A stretch of DNA of 64,000 nucleotides from Thermodesulfobacteriota bacterium (GTDB lineage Bacteria > Desulfobacterota > Binatia > Bin18), in contig OZ219926.1 in NCBI GenBank assembly GCA_964291405.2, positions 1,088,001 to 1,152,000 of the forward strand, in the 5' to 3' direction. Below are positions 10,273 through 20,362 of the stretch, one piece after another (positions within the stretch are counted from its first letter, which is position 1; each line of letters begins with the position of its first letter). The position numbers and the translations under genes were made by a program. Under the pieces are notes generated by a model. That model saw only the letters and a program-made list of their open reading frames with translations, had not been told where the DNA came from and searched no databases.

Positions 10273-10526
10273 GCATCCTCTCCAACCTGTGTATTCTCCC
10301 GCTCGGTGAGTGGGAATCCAGCCAAGAAACAGGCTCTGTTATGCTATGAAAACATAAAAAAGGCAAAGGCGGAGCCTCTCTTCGTCGTCTGCGCTTATCG
10401 CTTCGTTCGGGCCTCATGGAGAACCGTTCTTCGCTTTACAGGCTTCGTGGCAAGTTCTATGAAGGAGAGAGGGTCGTTGTGAGGTAGTGAGGTAGGCGGG
10501 ACACAGCGGGAAGGAGACCGCGGATT

Positions 10527-11618
10527 GTGGAACAGGACCGAGCAGCCATTGTACATGCGCTCCGGGTCTCCGAGCAGATTCTTTCCCTGGTTCATAAACA
10601 TACAGAGCAAATTGAGCAGCTCCGGCCCGGCACTCGGCATTACCTCGACCTGGGGCAGGTCTCACATCTCAACGGTTTGGAAGCCGCAACCCTGCTCCGA
10701 CTCGTGCAGCACGGAAAAAGTCGGGGGGTGACGGTCCAGTTCACCGGCGTCCGTCAGCAGGCCCATCAAGCGTTTATTGGACTTGATCTCAGCCTGCTCG
10801 ATTCACCTGAACACACGCGAGGTAGACGGTCGCTGCTGGAGTCTGTTGGCGCACATACCCTGACCGCCGTGGCAACGGGCCGGCGACTCATCGAAATGAT
10901 CGGCGAACTCGCGTACTGGCTGTGCATTGCCCCCTGGCGCGGGAAAAGCGTCAAATGGGACCGAACCCACGAGCAAATCGTGAAGATTGGCGTGGACGGC
11001 ATCCCGATTGTGACCTTTCTCTCCTTTCTGGTCGGTGCGGTCCTGGCCCTGAACGCGGCCAGTCAGCTCCGGCAGTTCGGTGCCGCCATCTATATTGCGA
11101 ATCTCGTCGCCGTTTCCATGACGCGCGAGATGGCTCCCCTGATTACGGCGATTATTGTTGCGGGACGGAGTGGGTCGGCCATTACCGCAGAGTTGGGGAC
11201 CATGGTGGTGTCCGAAGAGATCGACGCCATGCGCACCATGGCCCTCAGCCCAGGTCGCTTTCTGCTGCTACCACGCATGCTGGCCCTGCTATGCGCCGTG
11301 CCAAGTCTGACCATGCTCTCGAATGTGACCGGCATTTTTGGCGGCTATTGGATTGGCGTTCTGGTCCTCGGGCTTGGCAGCCGGAATTATCTCCAGCAAA
11401 CCGGCCAAGCCCTGCTGATGAGCGATCTGGTCACAGGTATGATAAAAAGCCTGGTCTTCGCCGGCCTGATCGGTTTGGTCGCCTGCTACCGCGGCTTCTA
11501 TGTGCACGGCGGAGCCGAAGGCGTGGGGACGAATACCACGGCCTCCGTTGTCGCCTCTATTGTCCTGTGCATTCTGGCAGACGCCGTCTTTACCACGATA
11601 TTTTTTTATCTCTCCTGA
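10527..11618 (+). CDS. mlaE: MlaE-family ABC permease with N-terminal STAS-like domain
   Basis: REMAPLITAIIVAGRSGSAITAELGTM.VSEEIDAM; N-terminal LDLGQVSHLN STAS-like segment. Confidence 0.9.
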   Translation: MEQDRAAIVHALRVSEQILSLVHKHTEQIEQLRPGTRHYLDLGQVSHLNGLEAATLLRLVQHGKSRGVTVQFTGVRQQAHQAFIGLDLSLLDSPEHTRGRRSLLESVGAHTLTAVATGRRLIEMIGELAYWLCIAPWRGKSVKWDRTHEQIVKIGVDGIPIVTFLSFLVGAVLALNAASQLRQFGAAIYIANLVAVSMTREMAPLITAIIVAGRSGSAITAELGTMVVSEEIDAMRTMALSPGRFLLLPRMLALLCAVPSLTMLSNVTGIFGGYWIGVLVLGLGSRNYLQQTGQALLMSDLVTGMIKSLVFAGLIGLVACYRGFYVHGGAEGVGTNTTASVVASIVLCILADAVFTTIFFYLS

Positions 11619-11634
11619 CTAAGAGCGAGTTAAT

Positions 11635-12474
11635 TTGATGACAACAACACACGCATCTCCGTCCTCTCCCCCTGCCGTTCTTGTGGACGGGCTCGTGGCC
11701 GAGTACGATGGACGGGCTGTCCTTGACCGCGTCAGCATGCAGGCCCACCAAGGCGAAATCACGGTAGTGTTAGGGGAAAGCGGCTGCGGGAAGACAACTC
11801 TGCTGCGTCACATCGTCGGGCTGCTGACGCCAAAGGCGGGGCAGGTCTTTATCAACGGGCGGAATTTGTACGCGGCCGGCGAAGAGGAGCGGGAGCGGAT
11901 CTTGCGTGACATTGGCATGTCTTTTCAGGGCGGAGCCTTGTTCAGCTCGCTGACCCTGGAAGAGAATATTGCCCTGCCCATTATCGAGCATACCCAGGTG
12001 GACCGGGAAACCGCGACCCTGCTGGCCAGAATGAAGCTGTGTGTGGTGGGCCTGGAACACGCCGCCCAGTTGTTACCCGCCGAACTCAGCGGTGGCATGA
12101 AGAAACGAGCGGCCGTTGCCCGTGCGCTGGCCCTGGATCCCGGTTTGCTGCTCTTCGACGAACTCTCGGCCGGGCTTGATCCTGTCACTGCACGTGAATT
12201 GGACGAACTGATCCTCCGCTTAAAAGAACATTTGGGTATGACGATTGTGATTGTGACGCATGAACTCGGGAGTATTCAAATGATTGCCGACCGGGCCGTC
12301 ATGTTGGATGCCGGGAGAGTCCTGGCCGCGGGTCCCTTGGAGGAAGTCCGGCAGACAGACCACCCGAAGATTCAGACCTTTTTTGACCGTCGGCCTCGCG
12401 CCAGGACCCTGCGTGGGGATTTGCGTGACAGCCTGATCGTGAATGGAGAACGCTATGGGACAGGATCGGGTTAA
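11635..12474 (+). CDS. mlaF: MlaF-type ABC ATPase
   Basis: GESGCGKT, LSGGMKKRAAVARALALDP, LFDE, VTHE motifs. Confidence 0.9.
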   Translation: MMTTTHASPSSPPAVLVDGLVAEYDGRAVLDRVSMQAHQGEITVVLGESGCGKTTLLRHIVGLLTPKAGQVFINGRNLYAAGEEERERILRDIGMSFQGGALFSSLTLEENIALPIIEHTQVDRETATLLARMKLCVVGLEHAAQLLPAELSGGMKKRAAVARALALDPGLLLFDELSAGLDPVTARELDELILRLKEHLGMTIVIVTHELGSIQMIADRAVMLDAGRVLAAGPLEEVRQTDHPKIQTFFDRRPRARTLRGDLRDSLIVNGERYGTGSG

Positions 12475-13390
12475 GGTCGGTCTGTTCGTCACACTCAGCT
12501 TCTTTTTGTTTGCCAGCGCCCTCCTGTGGCTGGCCGGCTCACGTTTTTTTCAGCCGGTCGATACCTATACTATTCTCTTTACGGAATCGGTCAGCGGACT
12601 GTTACCCGGCGCTGCGGTCGAATACCAGGGAGTGACCGTGGGGAAAGTCGAAACCATCGGTCTGACCCAGGATACGCCGCCTCGTGCCCAGGTGGCCATT
12701 GCCCTCCAGCCCGGCACCCCCATCCGGCGTGATACCACAGCGCATCTGATCGGCTCCTTTGTGACCGGCATTCGCTATATCGAACTGGCGGGTGGGTCGA
12801 GTGCCGCTCCAATCCTGGACCCTGGGGCCGTCATTCCCGTGCAACGCGGGGGACTTGAGGAGTTCCGGGATCGGGCCGGGGCCATTGCCGAACGCTTGCT
12901 GGATACCCTGACACGCATTGAAAATGGGGTGCTGAGCGAACACAATTTGACTGCGCTTACGGATTTTCTGAAAAATATGTCGCTGCTGACCCAAGACCTG
13001 CGCACCTCGCTGGCCGAAGTGTCGACGCCGGATACGCGGCTGGCCTTACGGCAGATGGTCGAGAATCTAGCCCAGACCGCGGCCGGGCTGAAAAGCGCCA
13101 CAGCCGCCATCAACACGATTCGGGAAGAGCTGTTTCAAGATGGTAAAGCCATGCTGATCCAAATTCGGCATACCGCGGAGGTCACCGCCGATCTCGCCAA
13201 CGACGTGCGCCGCTTGACCCAACACATGGATGAGCTTGTGGTCGATAACCGACACGAGGTCCGGCAGGTCCTGAGCAATTTGTCGCACACTTCTCGCGAA
13301 CTCAGAGAGCTAAGCGAATCCTTACGCGCCGACCCATCTTCGCTCGTCTGGGGGACCACGGTCTCGGCAAAAGAAATTCCCGACCCATGA
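12455..13390 (+). CDS. mlaD: MlaD/MCE-domain protein with helical C-terminus
   Basis: N-terminal TM, SVSGLLPGAAVEYQGVTVGKV MCE motif, DPSSLVWG end. Confidence 0.88.
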   Translation: MGQDRVKVGLFVTLSFFLFASALLWLAGSRFFQPVDTYTILFTESVSGLLPGAAVEYQGVTVGKVETIGLTQDTPPRAQVAIALQPGTPIRRDTTAHLIGSFVTGIRYIELAGGSSAAPILDPGAVIPVQRGGLEEFRDRAGAIAERLLDTLTRIENGVLSEHNLTALTDFLKNMSLLTQDLRTSLAEVSTPDTRLALRQMVENLAQTAAGLKSATAAINTIREELFQDGKAMLIQIRHTAEVTADLANDVRRLTQHMDELVVDNRHEVRQVLSNLSHTSRELRELSESLRADPSSLVWGTTVSAKEIPDP

Positions 13391-14001
13391 GGTATCCCAG
13401 GCTCTTCTTACTGACTCTTCTCACCAGCCTTGTGATCGGCGGGTGCAGCCTCACGCACTCCAAGCAAGAAGTGCAGTATTACGCCTTAGCCATCTCTCCC
13501 CGCGCGTCTGCCCCGTCCAGTCCTGCGCCCGTCCAGGCGTCACTTGTTGTGCGACCGTTTACCGCCCAGCCGCCGTATAATCGCGACCGGATGGTCTATC
13601 GCGCCTCCCCCTATGAGTTTGATTTTTATCACTATCACCGCTGGGTCACGAAACCGGCCGACATGCTCACCACCCTGACCCGACGGACCCTGCAACAGTC
13701 GGGTCTCTTTACGACCGTCTATCCCACCCCGGACGCTCAGGCCGACTTGCGTCTCGGAGGCGTGGTCCGGCAGTACGAAGAGGTTGATCAGGCGCAATCC
13801 TGGCAAGCGGTTCTGAGTATCGAGGTGTGGCTGTCCCGCTCCCAGGAGCCGGCCCCTTTTTGGTTCCAGTCCTATAGCGCAACTCGGCTGGCGGCGAAAC
13901 GCAATCCCGCGGCTGTGGCGGAAGCGATGAGCCAGAATTTACAGGATATTCTTGAGCGACTGACCCACGATCTGGCCAACGTACTATCAACACAGCCCTG
14001 A
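13387..14001 (+). CDS. PqiC-like ABC transport auxiliary lipoprotein
   Basis: Lipobox (IGGC), MVYR...YHRWVTKP motif, last gene of the MCE operon. Confidence 0.8.
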   Translation: MRYPRLFLLTLLTSLVIGGCSLTHSKQEVQYYALAISPRASAPSSPAPVQASLVVRPFTAQPPYNRDRMVYRASPYEFDFYHYHRWVTKPADMLTTLTRRTLQQSGLFTTVYPTPDAQADLRLGGVVRQYEEVDQAQSWQAVLSIEVWLSRSQEPAPFWFQSYSATRLAAKRNPAAVAEAMSQNLQDILERLTHDLANVLSTQP

Positions 14002-14121
14002 CTCGGCAGGTAAAGACCAGGGTATACGCAACGCGAATAGGGGGAGATCATAGATTCTTGATCGCGCTTCTAGTTTGTATTCACCTGGGAATTTGTCCCA
14101 CAAGATTTGAGTTCATAGACC

Positions 14122-14149
14122 GTAGGGGCAATTCATGAATTGCCCCTAC
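14122..14149. repeat. GTAG-type REP-like perfect palindrome between convergent genes
   Basis: GTAGGGGCAATTCATGAATTGCCCCTAC is its own reverse complement. Confidence 0.7.
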
Positions 14150-14172
14150 ATACGTCCCGTAAAGGGTGGGCC

Positions 14173-16095
14173 TCACTCCCCGTTCACCGAAAATGCGATC
14201 AGGGCATTGCCCGACATGCCGCCCCACAGGCCGTAGCCGGACATCACGTACAGCATGCCGTCTACGATGGTCGGGCCCGGACCGTCAAAAGACCCACCCT
14301 TGGTCTTGACACCATTGGTGCTCGCATACTCCTGGTCGGCGTTATAGTCCCAGACGACATTGCCGGTGTCGGCGGCATAGCCGCGCAGATAGCCGTCAAC
14401 CGACCCGGAGAATACCACGCCGGGCAGGGCCGACACGGCCGCCGACTGGGCCGGACTGCATTGCGGTCGGTCTCCACAGCCGACCGGCGGAACATACCAT
14501 TGACGCTCGCCGCTCTCGATATCAATAGCAAACATGCCGCCCCCGACACTGCCATCCAGGGTCGTGGCCCAGCCCGTGTCTGAATTCTCTACCGTCCTGA
14601 GGCCGATATCGGACAGCGCCACATAGACCTGTTTGGCATCCGCCGCCGAACCCCACTGAATCCCGCCGGCCAGGCCGCCTTTGCCCACGCGGTGCTGCCA
14701 GAGAATCTCACCATCGCGATCCGGGTCTATGGCGTGCATCACCCCGGACTTCTGGCCGGCCAGGATGACCCGCCGGCCATCCGGCAGAATGCGCAGGATA
14801 GGCGAGGAGGCAAAGTCGAGGTCGGGACCACGCGCCTCGGGGCAGTTGGTATCGTCCTCGGTCTCGCAGGCGACATTCCAGGCGTCACCTGCAGTGAACT
14901 GTTTTGACCACAGGACTTGTCCGCTCCTCATATCAAAGGCCATCACCGCATCGCTCGTCAGCGAGGCCGGGTCGGAGTAATTATCGCCCGTGGTCACATA
15001 GATGCGATTGCGCTCCGGGTCGAGCGCCGGCGAGGACCAGACCGAGGCGCCGGACGGCCCCCAGAGCTGTACGCCGATCGCATTCTTGCGAACAGGCGCC
15101 GGCGGCTCCGGGATGGTATACGCCCGCCAGACCAGCTTGCCGTTAAAGCGGTTTAAGGCCACCATGGAGCCGCGGAAGGTGCAGCACTCATAGCTGGGGT
15201 CACCGCCGGCCACCTCTTCGAGCGCGGTGGCCGAAGCATAGATGCGGTTACCGTGCGTTTTGGGGGTGCCGGTGATACGCGCCAGGGGATGGTCATCGAT
15301 TCTGACCCGCCAGAGCTGCCGGCCGGTCTGGGCGTCAAGGGCGTAGAGATTGGCCTCGACATCGCCGATGTAGACGACATGGCGCGGCGGGGTGGTGGCG
15401 GGCAGGTTATCAACTACCGGGGTGGCGCGCACCCCGGCCGCAGTTTTGACCGACCAGTGCAGGCAGCCGGTCTTGGCGTCAAGCGCATATACCAGGCCCT
15501 TCATCGAGCCGATAAACACCCGCCCGCCAACCACGGTCGGCTGGGAGACCCGAAAATCCATGGGCAATCCAAACACCCATTTGACCTTCAGCTCAGGCAC
15601 CTGGGCGGCGTTGATCCCGGCGGCCTCGGCGGATTGGAAGCGGGTATTGAAGTTATCGACTCCCCAGCCGTTCCACTGCGGAGCGCCGTCTTCAACCACG
15701 AACTCGCCCGGTGCGTCTTCACAGAACCCGGCGACCGTCTCGTCCTTTTCGGTCGGAGGCGGCAGTTGCTTGCCGGTGATCCACTCCGATATGGCGCGCC
15801 GCTCCTGATTGGTCCGGGTCATACCCTGGAATTGCATCTTGCCGAGTTCCATGGAGTGCAAGACCATCACGGCCGGCAGGCGCTGCATGACACTGCGGTG
15901 CGGTGCGCGTTTGACCTGCCCCTCGTGGCAGCGCGCGCAGTGCGCCTGGTAGAGCGCCTCGCCGTCAGTTCCCCCTTCGGTTGGTGTGAGAGCCCAACTC
16001 GATGGAACCACCAAGCTCGACAACAGCACACCGCACACAAAAGTCTGGATCATGATGCGTATTTTTTGCTCTGGAGACCTATCACGGACAGACAT
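14173..16095 (-). CDS. Quinohemoprotein dehydrogenase, PVA-dehydrogenase-like (copy 1)
   Basis: Signal peptide (..SSWA), CARCH heme motif, PQQ propeller W motifs, ECCTFRG vicinal cysteines, GPDLDF. Start moved to MSVRDRS. Confidence 0.88.
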   Translation of the reverse strand: MSVRDRSPEQKIRIMIQTFVCGVLLSSLVVPSSWALTPTEGGTDGEALYQAHCARCHEGQVKRAPHRSVMQRLPAVMVLHSMELGKMQFQGMTRTNQERRAISEWITGKQLPPPTEKDETVAGFCEDAPGEFVVEDGAPQWNGWGVDNFNTRFQSAEAAGINAAQVPELKVKWVFGLPMDFRVSQPTVVGGRVFIGSMKGLVYALDAKTGCLHWSVKTAAGVRATPVVDNLPATTPPRHVVYIGDVEANLYALDAQTGRQLWRVRIDDHPLARITGTPKTHGNRIYASATALEEVAGGDPSYECCTFRGSMVALNRFNGKLVWRAYTIPEPPAPVRKNAIGVQLWGPSGASVWSSPALDPERNRIYVTTGDNYSDPASLTSDAVMAFDMRSGQVLWSKQFTAGDAWNVACETEDDTNCPEARGPDLDFASSPILRILPDGRRVILAGQKSGVMHAIDPDRDGEILWQHRVGKGGLAGGIQWGSAADAKQVYVALSDIGLRTVENSDTGWATTLDGSVGGGMFAIDIESGERQWYVPPVGCGDRPQCSPAQSAAVSALPGVVFSGSVDGYLRGYAADTGNVVWDYNADQEYASTNGVKTKGGSFDGPGPTIVDGMLYVMSGYGLWGGMSGNALIAFSVNGE

Positions 16096-16132
16096 ACACC
16101 GACCTCCTTTTTCCGATCTCTCTTTTCCCCCT

Positions 16133-16165
16133 TTTTGCCTCGGAGAAGCGTTTTGTGTCAAACCC
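16133..16165 (-). promoter_or_regulatory. Conserved promoter-like motif upstream of copy 1
   Basis: GGGTTTGACA-N15-AGGCAAAA on the minus strand, with the same sequence and spacing upstream of copies 2 and 3. Confidence 0.6.
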
Positions 16166-16180
16166 CTCCAACCTGCAGAC

Positions 16181-16212
16181 AAAAAAAGGGTCGCCCCTGT
16201 GGGCGACCCTTT
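16181..16212 (-). terminator. Intrinsic terminator after copy 2
   Basis: AAAGGGTCGCCC-loop-GGGCGACCCTTT hairpin followed by a T run on the minus strand. Confidence 0.8.
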
Positions 16213-16240
16213 CCTTCGTTTCCTCAGACGCAAGAGCCAG

Positions 16241-18163
16241 CTACTCGCCATTCACCGAGAACGCAATCAAGGCATTTCCTGACATACCCCCCCAAAAACC
16301 ATAGCCGGAATTGACGTACATCATACCACCCGCAATCGTTGGGCCAGGGCCGTCAAACGACCCGCCTCTCGTCTTGACCCCGTTGGTGCTCTCATACTCC
16401 TGGTCGGCGTTGTAATCCCACACCACCTCCCCGGTGTCGGTCGCATAGCCACGCAGATGACCATCGACAGAACCGGAAAACACCACACCCGGAAGAGCGG
16501 AAACCGCAGCGGATTGAGCCGGACTACACTTGGGCCGGCCCTCGCAACTGACCGGTGGAACATGCCATTTACGCTCTCCGCTTTCGATGTCGAGCGCAAA
16601 CATGCCACCGCCCACACTGCCATCCAGCCGCACCGCCCAGCCCGTATCAGAATCCGAAATCGGGACCATACCAATATCGGACAGCGCCACATAGACCTGC
16701 TGAGCGTCGGCTGCCGATCCCCACTGAATCCCGCCGGCCAGGCCGCCCTTGCCGACGCGATGTTGCCACAGAATCTCACCGTTGCGATCGGGATCTATGG
16801 CGTGCATCACGCCCGACTTTTGCCCGGCGAGAATGACACGCCGGCCATTCGGCAAAATACGCAGGATCGGTGACGACGCAAAGTCAAGATCCGGACCGCG
16901 AGCTTCAGGGCAATTGATATCTTCATCCATCTCACAGCCGACATTCCAGGCGTCACCCGCGGTGAACTGTTTTGACCACAGCAGTTCGCCAGTACGCATA
17001 TCGAAAGCGACAACGGCATCGCTCGTGAGTGAGGCCGGGTCAGAATAATTGTCGCCCGTGGCGGCATAGATCCGGTTACGCTCGGGATCGAGGGCGGGCG
17101 AAGACCAGATCGAAGCGCCGGACGGTCCCCACAGTTGGGTCCCGATCACATTCTTGCGGACCGGTGCGGGGGGATCAGGCAGCGTATATCCCGTCCACAC
17201 TAATTTGCCGTTGAACCGATTGAGCGCCATCAATTTGCCACGAAAGGTACAGCATTCATACTGAGGATCGGAACCCGCCACCTCTTCGAGCGCGGTGGTC
17301 GAAACGTAGATGCGGTTGCCGTGCGTTTTGGGCGTGCCGGTAATGGTGGCGAGGGGATGGTCATCCACGTCCACTTTCCACAATTGCTTCCCCGTGCGGG
17401 CGTCGAGCGCATAGACATTCGCCTCCGTGTCTCCCACATACACAACATAGCGCGGCGGATTCGTCCCTGGCAGAGTATCCACCACCAGAGTCGAGCGAAC
17501 ACCACCGGAGGTCTTGACAGACCAATATAAACACCCGCTTTTGGCATCAAGCGCATACACCCGCCCTTTGGTCGAACCGATAAAAACACGACCGCCCGCA
17601 ACGGTCGGCTGGGAGGCACGGAAATCCATGGGCAGCCCAAACACCCATTTGACCTTCAGCTCAGGAACCTGGTCGGCACTGATACCAGCCTGTTCCGCAG
17701 ACTGATAACGGGTGTTGAAGACGTCCACCCCCCAGCCATTCCACTGTGGAGCACCGTCTTCAATGGAAAACGTGCCTGGAGTCTCCTCACAAAATCCGGC
17801 AACCGTCGCCTCTTCATCCGAGGGTGGAGGGAGCTTCTTACCCGTGATCCATTCGGACATGGCCCGCTTTTCGCCACTGGTCCGAATCCAGCCTTGGACG
17901 CGCATCTTCCCGACTTCGAGCGAGTGCAACACCATTTCAGCGGGCAGGCGTGACATGACGTCACGGTGTGGCGCTCGCTTCACTTGTCCTTCGTGACAGT
18001 GGGCGCAGTAACGACCATAGAGCTGCTCTCCGTCAATCTCCTGTTCCGACGGCGAGAAAGCCCAACTGGGCGCAGCTATGAAAAGCCCGAGCGCCAGGGT
18101 CAGCACGCTCGACACGCCTCTCGTCATACTTTTGTTCGGCCACGTTCGATATGTTTCGATCAT
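16241..18163 (-). CDS. Quinohemoprotein dehydrogenase, PVA-dehydrogenase-like (copy 2)
   Basis: CAHCH, ECCTFRG, PQQ repeats, signal peptide. Confidence 0.88.
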   Translation of the reverse strand: MIETYRTWPNKSMTRGVSSVLTLALGLFIAAPSWAFSPSEQEIDGEQLYGRYCAHCHEGQVKRAPHRDVMSRLPAEMVLHSLEVGKMRVQGWIRTSGEKRAMSEWITGKKLPPPSDEEATVAGFCEETPGTFSIEDGAPQWNGWGVDVFNTRYQSAEQAGISADQVPELKVKWVFGLPMDFRASQPTVAGGRVFIGSTKGRVYALDAKSGCLYWSVKTSGGVRSTLVVDTLPGTNPPRYVVYVGDTEANVYALDARTGKQLWKVDVDDHPLATITGTPKTHGNRIYVSTTALEEVAGSDPQYECCTFRGKLMALNRFNGKLVWTGYTLPDPPAPVRKNVIGTQLWGPSGASIWSSPALDPERNRIYAATGDNYSDPASLTSDAVVAFDMRTGELLWSKQFTAGDAWNVGCEMDEDINCPEARGPDLDFASSPILRILPNGRRVILAGQKSGVMHAIDPDRNGEILWQHRVGKGGLAGGIQWGSAADAQQVYVALSDIGMVPISDSDTGWAVRLDGSVGGGMFALDIESGERKWHVPPVSCEGRPKCSPAQSAAVSALPGVVFSGSVDGHLRGYATDTGEVVWDYNADQEYESTNGVKTRGGSFDGPGPTIAGGMMYVNSGYGFWGGMSGNALIAFSVNGE

Positions 18164-18192
18164 GAGTGCACTCCCTCCCTCTCTCCTCATTC

Positions 18193-18225
18193 TTTTGCCT
18201 CTTGGCAGTAGTCTGTGTCAAACCC
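18193..18225 (-). promoter_or_regulatory. Conserved promoter-like motif upstream of copy 2
   Basis: GGGTTTGACA-N15-AGGCAAAA. Confidence 0.6.
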
Positions 18226-18279
18226 CTGTGTCTCTCACGGGGCTCTTCCGGGAGACATCCCCCCTTCCCTGAGACACAG

Positions 18280-18309
18280 AAAAAAGGGCGACCGTTTGGT
18301 CACCCTTTT
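18280..18309 (-). terminator. Intrinsic terminator after copy 3
   Basis: AAAAGGGTGACC-AAAC-GGTCGCCCTTTTTT on the minus strand. Confidence 0.75.
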
Positions 18310-18328
18310 CACACGACAGGAGCGCGCA

Positions 18329-20251
18329 TTATTCCCCGTTCACCGAGAACGCGATCAGGGCGTTGCCCGGCCTCCCGCCCCGATAGCCGTAGCCGGACAT
18401 CACGTACAGCATACCGTCCACAATGGTCGGCCCCGGGCCGTCAAAAGACCCGCCCTTGGTCTTGACGCCATTGGTGCTCTCATATTCCTGGTCGGCGTTG
18501 TAGTCCCAAACGACCTGTCCGGTGTCGGTGGCATAGCCACGCAGATGGCCGTCAACTGAACCGGAGAACACTACCCCGGGCAGGGCCGACACGGCCGCCG
18601 ACTGGGCCGGACTGCACTGCGGCCGGTCTCCACAGCCGACCGCTGGGACGTGCCACTTCCGCTCGCCGCTTTCGATATCAAGGGCGAACATGCCGCCCCC
18701 AACACTGCCGTCCAGGATCCTGGTCCAGCTCCCGTCCGCATTCTCTACCGTCTTCCTGACGACATCGGACAGGGCCACATAGACCTGTTTAGCGTCGGCT
18801 GCGGAGCCCCACTGAATCCCGCCGAGCAGGCCGCCTTTGCCAACGCGGTGTTGCCACAGGATTTCACCATCGCGATCCGGGTCGATGGCATGCATCACCC
18901 CGGACTTCTGGCCGGCCAGGATGATGCGCCGCCCGTCGGGTAAAATACGCACAATGGGCGAGGAGGCGAAATCCAGGTCGGGGCCACGCGCCTCAGGACA
19001 GTTGGTGTCGTCCCCAATCTCGCAGGCGACATTCCAGGCGTCACCCACGGTGAACTGTTTTGACCACAGGGCCTTTCCGCTCCGCATATCAAAGGCCATC
19101 ACCGCATCACTCGTCAGTGAGACCGGGTCGGAGTAATTATCGCCCGTGGTTACATAGATGCGGTTGCGCTCCGGGTCGAGGGCGGGCGAGGACCAGATCG
19201 TGGCACCGGACGGCCCCCAGAGCTGCACGCCAATCGCATTCTTGCGAACAGGAGCCGGGGGCTCTGGCACGGTATACGCTTTCCAGATCAGTTTGCCGTT
19301 AAAGCGGTTAAGGGCCATGATCTTGCCGCGAAACGTACAACACTCGTAGGTCGGGTCGGCGCCGGCGACTTCTTCCAGGGAAGTGGTGACCACGTAGAGC
19401 CGGTTGCCGTGGGTTTTGGGTGTGCCGGTGATACGCGCCATGGGATGGTCGTCCACGTCCACTTTCCAGAGTTCTTTGCCCGTGCGGGCATCCAGCGCAT
19501 ACACATTGGCTGCTGCGTCCCCCACATAGACAACAGAGCGCGGCGGGGTGGTGGCGGGCAGATTGTCAACCACCGGGGTGGCGCGCACCCCAGCCGCGGT
19601 TTTGGCCGACCAATGCAGACAGCCGGTTTTGGCATCAAGCGAATAAATACGGCCCTGGAGCGAGCCGATAAACACCCGGCCGCCGACCACCGTCGGCTGG
19701 GAGACCCGAAAATCCATGGGCAATCCAAACACCCATTTGACCTTCAGCTCAGGCACCTGGGCGGCGTTGATCCCGGCGGCCTCGGCGGATTGGAAGCGGG
19801 TATTGAAGTTATCGACTCCCCAGCCGTTCCACTGCGGAGCGCCGTCTTCAACCACGAACTCGCCCGGTGCGTCTTCACAGAACCCGGCGACCGTCTCGTC
19901 CTTTTCGGTCGGAGGCGGCAGTTGCTTGCCGGTGATCCACTCCGATATGGCGCGCCGCTCCTGATTGGTTCGGGCCATGCCTAGGAACTTCATCCTGCCA
20001 CGTTCCAGGGAATGCAAGACCATCACGGCGGGCAGGCGTGACATGACGTCACGATGCGGCGCGCGCTTGACCTGCCCCTCGTGGCAGCGTGCGCAGTGTG
20101 CCTGGTAGAGCGCTTCGCCGTCACCTCCCCCTTCGGTTGGAGAGAAGGCCCAACTCGAAGCAATACTCACGCTCGACAACAGCATGCCGCCCACAAGAGC
20201 CTGGATCACGACACGTATTTTTTGCTGTGGAGACCCATTACGGACAGACAT
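18329..20251 (-). CDS. Quinohemoprotein dehydrogenase, PVA-dehydrogenase-like (copy 3)
   Basis: CARCH, ECCTFRG, PQQ repeats, signal peptide. Confidence 0.88.
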   Translation of the reverse strand: MSVRNGSPQQKIRVVIQALVGGMLLSSVSIASSWAFSPTEGGGDGEALYQAHCARCHEGQVKRAPHRDVMSRLPAVMVLHSLERGRMKFLGMARTNQERRAISEWITGKQLPPPTEKDETVAGFCEDAPGEFVVEDGAPQWNGWGVDNFNTRFQSAEAAGINAAQVPELKVKWVFGLPMDFRVSQPTVVGGRVFIGSLQGRIYSLDAKTGCLHWSAKTAAGVRATPVVDNLPATTPPRSVVYVGDAAANVYALDARTGKELWKVDVDDHPMARITGTPKTHGNRLYVVTTSLEEVAGADPTYECCTFRGKIMALNRFNGKLIWKAYTVPEPPAPVRKNAIGVQLWGPSGATIWSSPALDPERNRIYVTTGDNYSDPVSLTSDAVMAFDMRSGKALWSKQFTVGDAWNVACEIGDDTNCPEARGPDLDFASSPIVRILPDGRRIILAGQKSGVMHAIDPDRDGEILWQHRVGKGGLLGGIQWGSAADAKQVYVALSDVVRKTVENADGSWTRILDGSVGGGMFALDIESGERKWHVPAVGCGDRPQCSPAQSAAVSALPGVVFSGSVDGHLRGYATDTGQVVWDYNADQEYESTNGVKTKGGSFDGPGPTIVDGMLYVMSGYGYRGGRPGNALIAFSVNGE

Positions 20252-20283
20252 CTACTGACTTCTTCCTTCCCACTGTCCACTCT

Positions 20284-20316
20284 TTTTGCCTGGGAGGAGT
20301 ATTTTCTGTCAAACCC
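20284..20316 (-). promoter_or_regulatory. Conserved promoter-like motif upstream of copy 3
   Basis: GGGTTTGACA-N15-AGGCAAAA. Confidence 0.6.
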
Positions 20317-20362
20317 TTCCAATCTCACTCCGGCTTGAAGAAACGCCTCGGGGGCAGATGTC

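Noticed and set aside
15536-19969. Diversity-generating retroelement template/variable repeat pair
   Set aside because: No reverse transcriptase, and the repeat is identical rather than differing at adenines.
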